A stretch of DNA of 32,000 nucleotides from Desulfocapsa sulfexigens DSM 10523 (GTDB lineage Bacteria; Desulfobacterota; Desulfobulbia; Desulfobulbales; Desulfocapsaceae): NCBI RefSeq assembly GCF_000341395.1, contig NC_020304.1:1080001-1112000 (forward strand). The letters are read 5' to 3'. This document shows positions 27,632 to 32,000 of this stretch, piece after piece (the first letter of the stretch is position 1; the number at the start of each line of letters is the position of its first letter). The position numbers and the translations under genes are program-made. The notes beneath the pieces are model-generated. The model searched no databases, was not told the origin of the DNA, and was given only the letters and a program-made list of their open reading frames with translations.

Positions 27632-27913
27632 TTATTTCCCCGCGGCCTGGGCGATAAAGTGGTTCCAGAAAGGGTTGGCGAAGATAAGAATCATCGAAAC
27701 CACGAAGCAGTAAATGGCCGTGGACTCAACCATCGCCAAACCAACGAAGAGCGTCCGGGTGATAGTGGGAGCGGCGTCGGGTTGCTGGGCCAGTGAACTG
27801 AGCGCCGTTGACACCGCACGGCCTTCACCCAGAGCAGGTCCTAAACATCCAAACCCGGTGGTGATACCGGCGGTGAAGATTGATACAATCGCTATAATCG
27901 TCATACTATCCAT
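27632..27913 (-). CDS. atpE: N-type F-ATPase c subunit with a complete Na+-ligand set (two-carboxylate type)
   Basis: A two-helix hairpin protein with helix-1 GPALGEG and helix-2 LAMVESTAIYCFV. By eye it aligns with the Ilyobacter tartaricus c subunit (GPGVGQG / AVAESTGIYSLV). Confidence 0.9.
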   Translation of the reverse strand: MDSMTIIAIVSIFTAGITTGFGCLGPALGEGRAVSTALSSLAQQPDAAPTITRTLFVGLAMVESTAIYCFVVSMILIFANPFWNHFIAQAAGK

Positions 27914-27934
27914 AGGATCTCCTTTGAAAATACT

Positions 27935-28630
27935 TCAGTGTGTTGTGTCAGTTTCAGGCCTTGGGGTCTGGGCACTTACGGCGCCCGCGATATAAACCGT
28001 TGCCAGAATACTGAAAATGTATGCCTGTACCATGCCGGTGAGCAGACCGAGTACCTGCATAATGATGGGAAAGATAAAAGGAGTGATGCTGAGCAGAATA
28101 CCGATAATCATTGCCCCACTCATCATATTGCCGAACAGGCGGACCGCAAGGGCCAGCGTGCGTGAGATCTCACTGATAATGTTAAACGGCAGCATAATGA
28201 ACGTCGGTTTCAGGTAGGAAGAGATGTAACCGCCCAGCCCCTGCTCTTCTACGCCGAAAAGAGGCACGGCCACAAACACGCACAGGGCGAGGGCCACCGT
28301 GGTCGAAAGCGAACCGGTCGGCGACTCGTAACCGGGAATGACGGTGCAAAGACTGGCTGCGGCGACAAACAGGAAAAGCGTCCCCAGAAAGCCGAGATAT
28401 TTGCGCGGTTGCAGCAGGCCGACCTCTTTAATCTGTTCCTCGATTGTGGTGACGATGATTTCCAGAAGGTTCTGCCAGCGGGAACGTTGCAGATCCATGG
28501 AAAGTTTACGGGTGATGAGTATTGAACCGCCAGCCAGCAAGAGCATCAGCGCCCAGGTAAAGACAATCGTTGCATTGAGTTTGAAAAACCCCAGTTGCCA
28601 GTAGATAATTTGGTCGGGACTAAGCCGCAT
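27935..28630 (-). CDS. atpB: N-type F-ATPase a subunit
   Basis: Essential Arg context LALAVRLFGNMMSG, polytopic. ATG 28630 (MRLSPDQ...) overlaps the atpR stop by 11 nt. Confidence 0.9.
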   Translation of the reverse strand: MRLSPDQIIYWQLGFFKLNATIVFTWALMLLLAGGSILITRKLSMDLQRSRWQNLLEIIVTTIEEQIKEVGLLQPRKYLGFLGTLFLFVAAASLCTVIPGYESPTGSLSTTVALALCVFVAVPLFGVEEQGLGGYISSYLKPTFIMLPFNIISEISRTLALAVRLFGNMMSGAMIIGILLSITPFIFPIIMQVLGLLTGMVQAYIFSILATVYIAGAVSAQTPRPETDTTH

Positions 28631-28937
28631 GGCCAGCCTCCCCTTCCAATGCGGTCGGCTTCTCATCCACCCGGGTGAACCGTGTCACTAGAAAGCGTGC
28701 CATGGCAAATCCGAGGAGACACAGCAGTAGCCTCTGCCAATGACCGCCCCCAACAAAATAAAATCCAGCCACGGTAAGGCCTATCCGCAGCAGCATACTG
28801 CCGAGGAACCAGGCCGCCGGCCGCTTGGAGGCAAGACCCTTGCGAACCGTCCACCAAAGACCACCGAAAAACATCACACCGAGTAAAACACCCGCCACCA
28901 ACGCCAGCAGCAGTGTCAGCATTTCATTCATTATCAT
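28620..28937 (-). CDS. atpR: N-ATPase accessory membrane protein AtpR
   Basis: The small hydrophobic protein MIMNEMLTLLLALVAGVLLGVMFFGGLWWTVRKG carries the FFGGLWWT motif I associate with AtpR. AGGAGG lies 5 nt upstream of ATG 28937. Its position, second after epsilon, fits the N-ATPase operon order. Confidence 0.75.
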   Translation of the reverse strand: MIMNEMLTLLLALVAGVLLGVMFFGGLWWTVRKGLASKRPAAWFLGSMLLRIGLTVAGFYFVGGGHWQRLLLCLLGFAMARFLVTRFTRVDEKPTALEGEAGHAA

Positions 28938-29260
28938 TAGTATCCTCCTGTTCTTCCTGCATTGCCTTGTCTTCTCTGGAGACCCAGTGCCAGGCATTAT
29001 AGCAGCCCATGGCAAGTCCGGCGACCAACAGGGCCAGGGTCCAGGAGCGGCCGCCCGGATAGTGCTTGTCCAGCCAGAGACCAAGTGCTGCGCCGAGCAA
29101 TGTCGGAATCGCCACCGACCAGCCGATAAGCCCCATCATGCCCAGGCCGAACCAGACGGTATGGGTGACGTTACGCCGCGCCTTAAGCTTGCGCTTTTCC
29201 TTTATGCCGACCTCCCGGCTGAACGTTGTCCGGCCTTGGGTGCTTTTTGTTTCCTGCTCC

Positions 29261-29268
<8 letters not shown>
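28924..29268 (-). CDS. atpQ: N-ATPase accessory membrane protein AtpQ (ATPase_gene1 / AtpZ-AtpI-like)
   Basis: WFGLGMMGLIGWSVAIPTLLGAALGLWLDKHYPG matches the ATPase_gene1-type two-TM motif. It sits immediately after epsilon, with an 8-nt overlap. Confidence 0.75.
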
Positions 29269-31130
<1,862 letters not shown>

Positions 31131-31170
31131 TTAAATTAGAACTCCGGTTAATCGTTCGTCTGTCAGGATC

Positions 31171-31199
31171 ATTTTATCAAATTCGTTCTTCTCAGTCAA
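31171..31199 (-). promoter_or_regulatory. Candidate sigma-70 promoter of the N-ATPase operon
   Basis: On the - strand: TTGACT (31199-31194), a 17-nt spacer, then TAAAAT (31176-31171). It lies about 65 nt upstream of the atpD ATG at 31106. Confidence 0.45.
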
Positions 31200-31335
31200 A
31201 CTGGTCCTTGCTGATCTCCCTCCCTGCACAAGGCCTGTTACTCCACCGACAACGAGATACTCCTCATCAAAATAAGGAGTTTCAGGATGGTGCACCTCTA
31301 TTGCCGATCGATTTATTCTGGTTTAAAGGATAGTC

Positions 31336-31647
31336 TCATCGATGCTGCTCAAAAATATCTTTAAATACTGGGGCGACTGCCTTGAATCCCTTCAGAATCG
31401 CGGGATCAAAATGTTCCGGCATGGTTCGGCCGTCCCCCTCGGTGATAATCCTGCAGGCCTCGTGGCCATCCATGATCGGCATCACGATATCGAGGACGAT
31501 CAGGTCCGGTGAGTTTTCCCGCACCTTCCGCACCGCCTCCTCTCCATCGGCGGCAAATTCAACATCATAACCTAAGGGCACCAGCCACTTGGTAAGCAGT
31601 CTGAGATTGCTCTCTTCATCGTCGACCAGCAATATCTTCTCATTCAT
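31336..31647 (-). CDS. Truncated response regulator: N-terminal half of a REC domain joined to an HD-GYP-type C-terminal tail
   Basis: [14 protein letters not shown]...[21 protein letters not shown] is a normal REC up to alpha3. The sequence then jumps to [30 protein letters not shown], which resembles the extreme C-terminus of RpfG-like HD-GYP proteins. Total length is only 103 aa. Confidence 0.65.
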   Translation of the reverse strand: MNEKILLVDDEESNLRLLTKWLVPLGYDVEFAADGEEAVRKVRENSPDLIVLDIVMPIMDGHEACRIITEGDGRTMPEHFDPAILKGFKAVAPVFKDIFEQHR

Positions 31648-32000
31648 TTATCCAGGATCTCCCTCACTTTCACCAAAAGGATTTTTGACTGATACGGTTT
31701 CTGGATGAAGTCAAAACCACCCTCCAGCAATTCCCTGTTAGTAATAATCTCAGTGGAATAGCCACTGGTGAAGAGTATTTTCATCTTTGGGCAGATCTTG
31801 AGGATCGCCTCACCGACTTCTCTGCCGTTTTTCTTCGGCATGATCATGTCAAGTAGAACGAGGTTGATCCGCTCCCGGTTTTCAAGGAATTTTGCGATTG
31901 CCTCTTCACCATCCTCTGCGAAGATAACCGTATAGCCGAAGGACTCGAGCACGATCTTTGACAATTTCCTCAGAGCGACGTCGTCCTCGGCTACCAGGAT
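31644..32000 (-). CDS. REC (receiver) domain protein, 5' end outside window
   Basis: The frame is open to the right edge ([23 protein letters not shown]...[16 protein letters not shown]...ILFTSGY...FIQKPY). The listed start is an internal TTG. The stop overlaps the next start as ATGA (31647-31644). Confidence 0.8.
   Translation of the reverse strand: MLVAEDDVALRKLSKIVLESFGYTVIFAEDGEEAIAKFLENRERINLVLLDMIMPKKNGREVGEAILKICPKMKILFTSGYSTEIITNRELLEGGFDFIQKPYQSKILLVKVREILDK

Noticed and set aside
28938-29084. N-terminal 49-codon extension of the atpR ORF (listed start 29084)
   Set aside because: The extension lies entirely inside atpQ in another frame and is Pro/Trp/Gly-rich. AGGAGG sits 5 nt before ATG 28937, which gives a typical ~105-aa AtpR.

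Overview
This 32-kb chromosomal window has gene content typical of an anaerobic, deltaproteobacterium-like (Desulfobacterota-type) genome: Fe-S/nitroreductase fusions, YkgJ Cys-cluster proteins and a soluble multi-PAS chemoreceptor. The organism cannot be determined from the sequence alone.

Left third (+ strand): the 3' part of a multi-CheW scaffold gene, then a 1147-aa soluble methyl-accepting chemotaxis protein (MCP) built from seven Cys-rich PAS-like modules. Six of these modules form an exact 366-bp tandem DNA array. A tightly coupled trio follows: GNAT acetyltransferase, HDAC-family deacetylase and a YkgJ Cys-cluster protein.

Middle (mostly - strand): an overlapping AMMECR1 / YkgJ-like / Nudix / DEAD-box helicase operon, followed 36 nt later by a lipoprotein-type fatty-acid cis/trans isomerase. 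Then come a stand-alone FabH-like KAS III, an Fe-S nitroreductase overlapping an orphan amino-acid ABC permease, an MHS-type MFS transporter, an alpha/beta hydrolase, a ClsB-like PLD enzyme (+ strand), a small membrane protein and a cytoplasmic PAS histidine kinase.

Right third (- strand): a G+C-rich block (about 57-60% in spot counts, against about 33-47% in neighbouring genes). It carries a complete N-type ATPase operon (atpD-C-Q-R-B-E-F-A-G, no delta gene, Na+-type two-carboxylate c subunit), directly followed by trkH-trkA. The window ends with an apparently internally deleted REC/HD-GYP response regulator and a partial REC-domain gene.

No rRNA, tRNA, CRISPR array, IS element or integrase was recognised. 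The best candidates for undescribed biology are:
- the repeated Cys-cluster PAS module of the chemoreceptor;
- the acetyltransferase/deacetylase pair attached to the chemotaxis operon;
- the AMMECR1-YkgJ-Nudix-helicase operon;
- a nested-hairpin element in the 225-bp spacer upstream of that operon.
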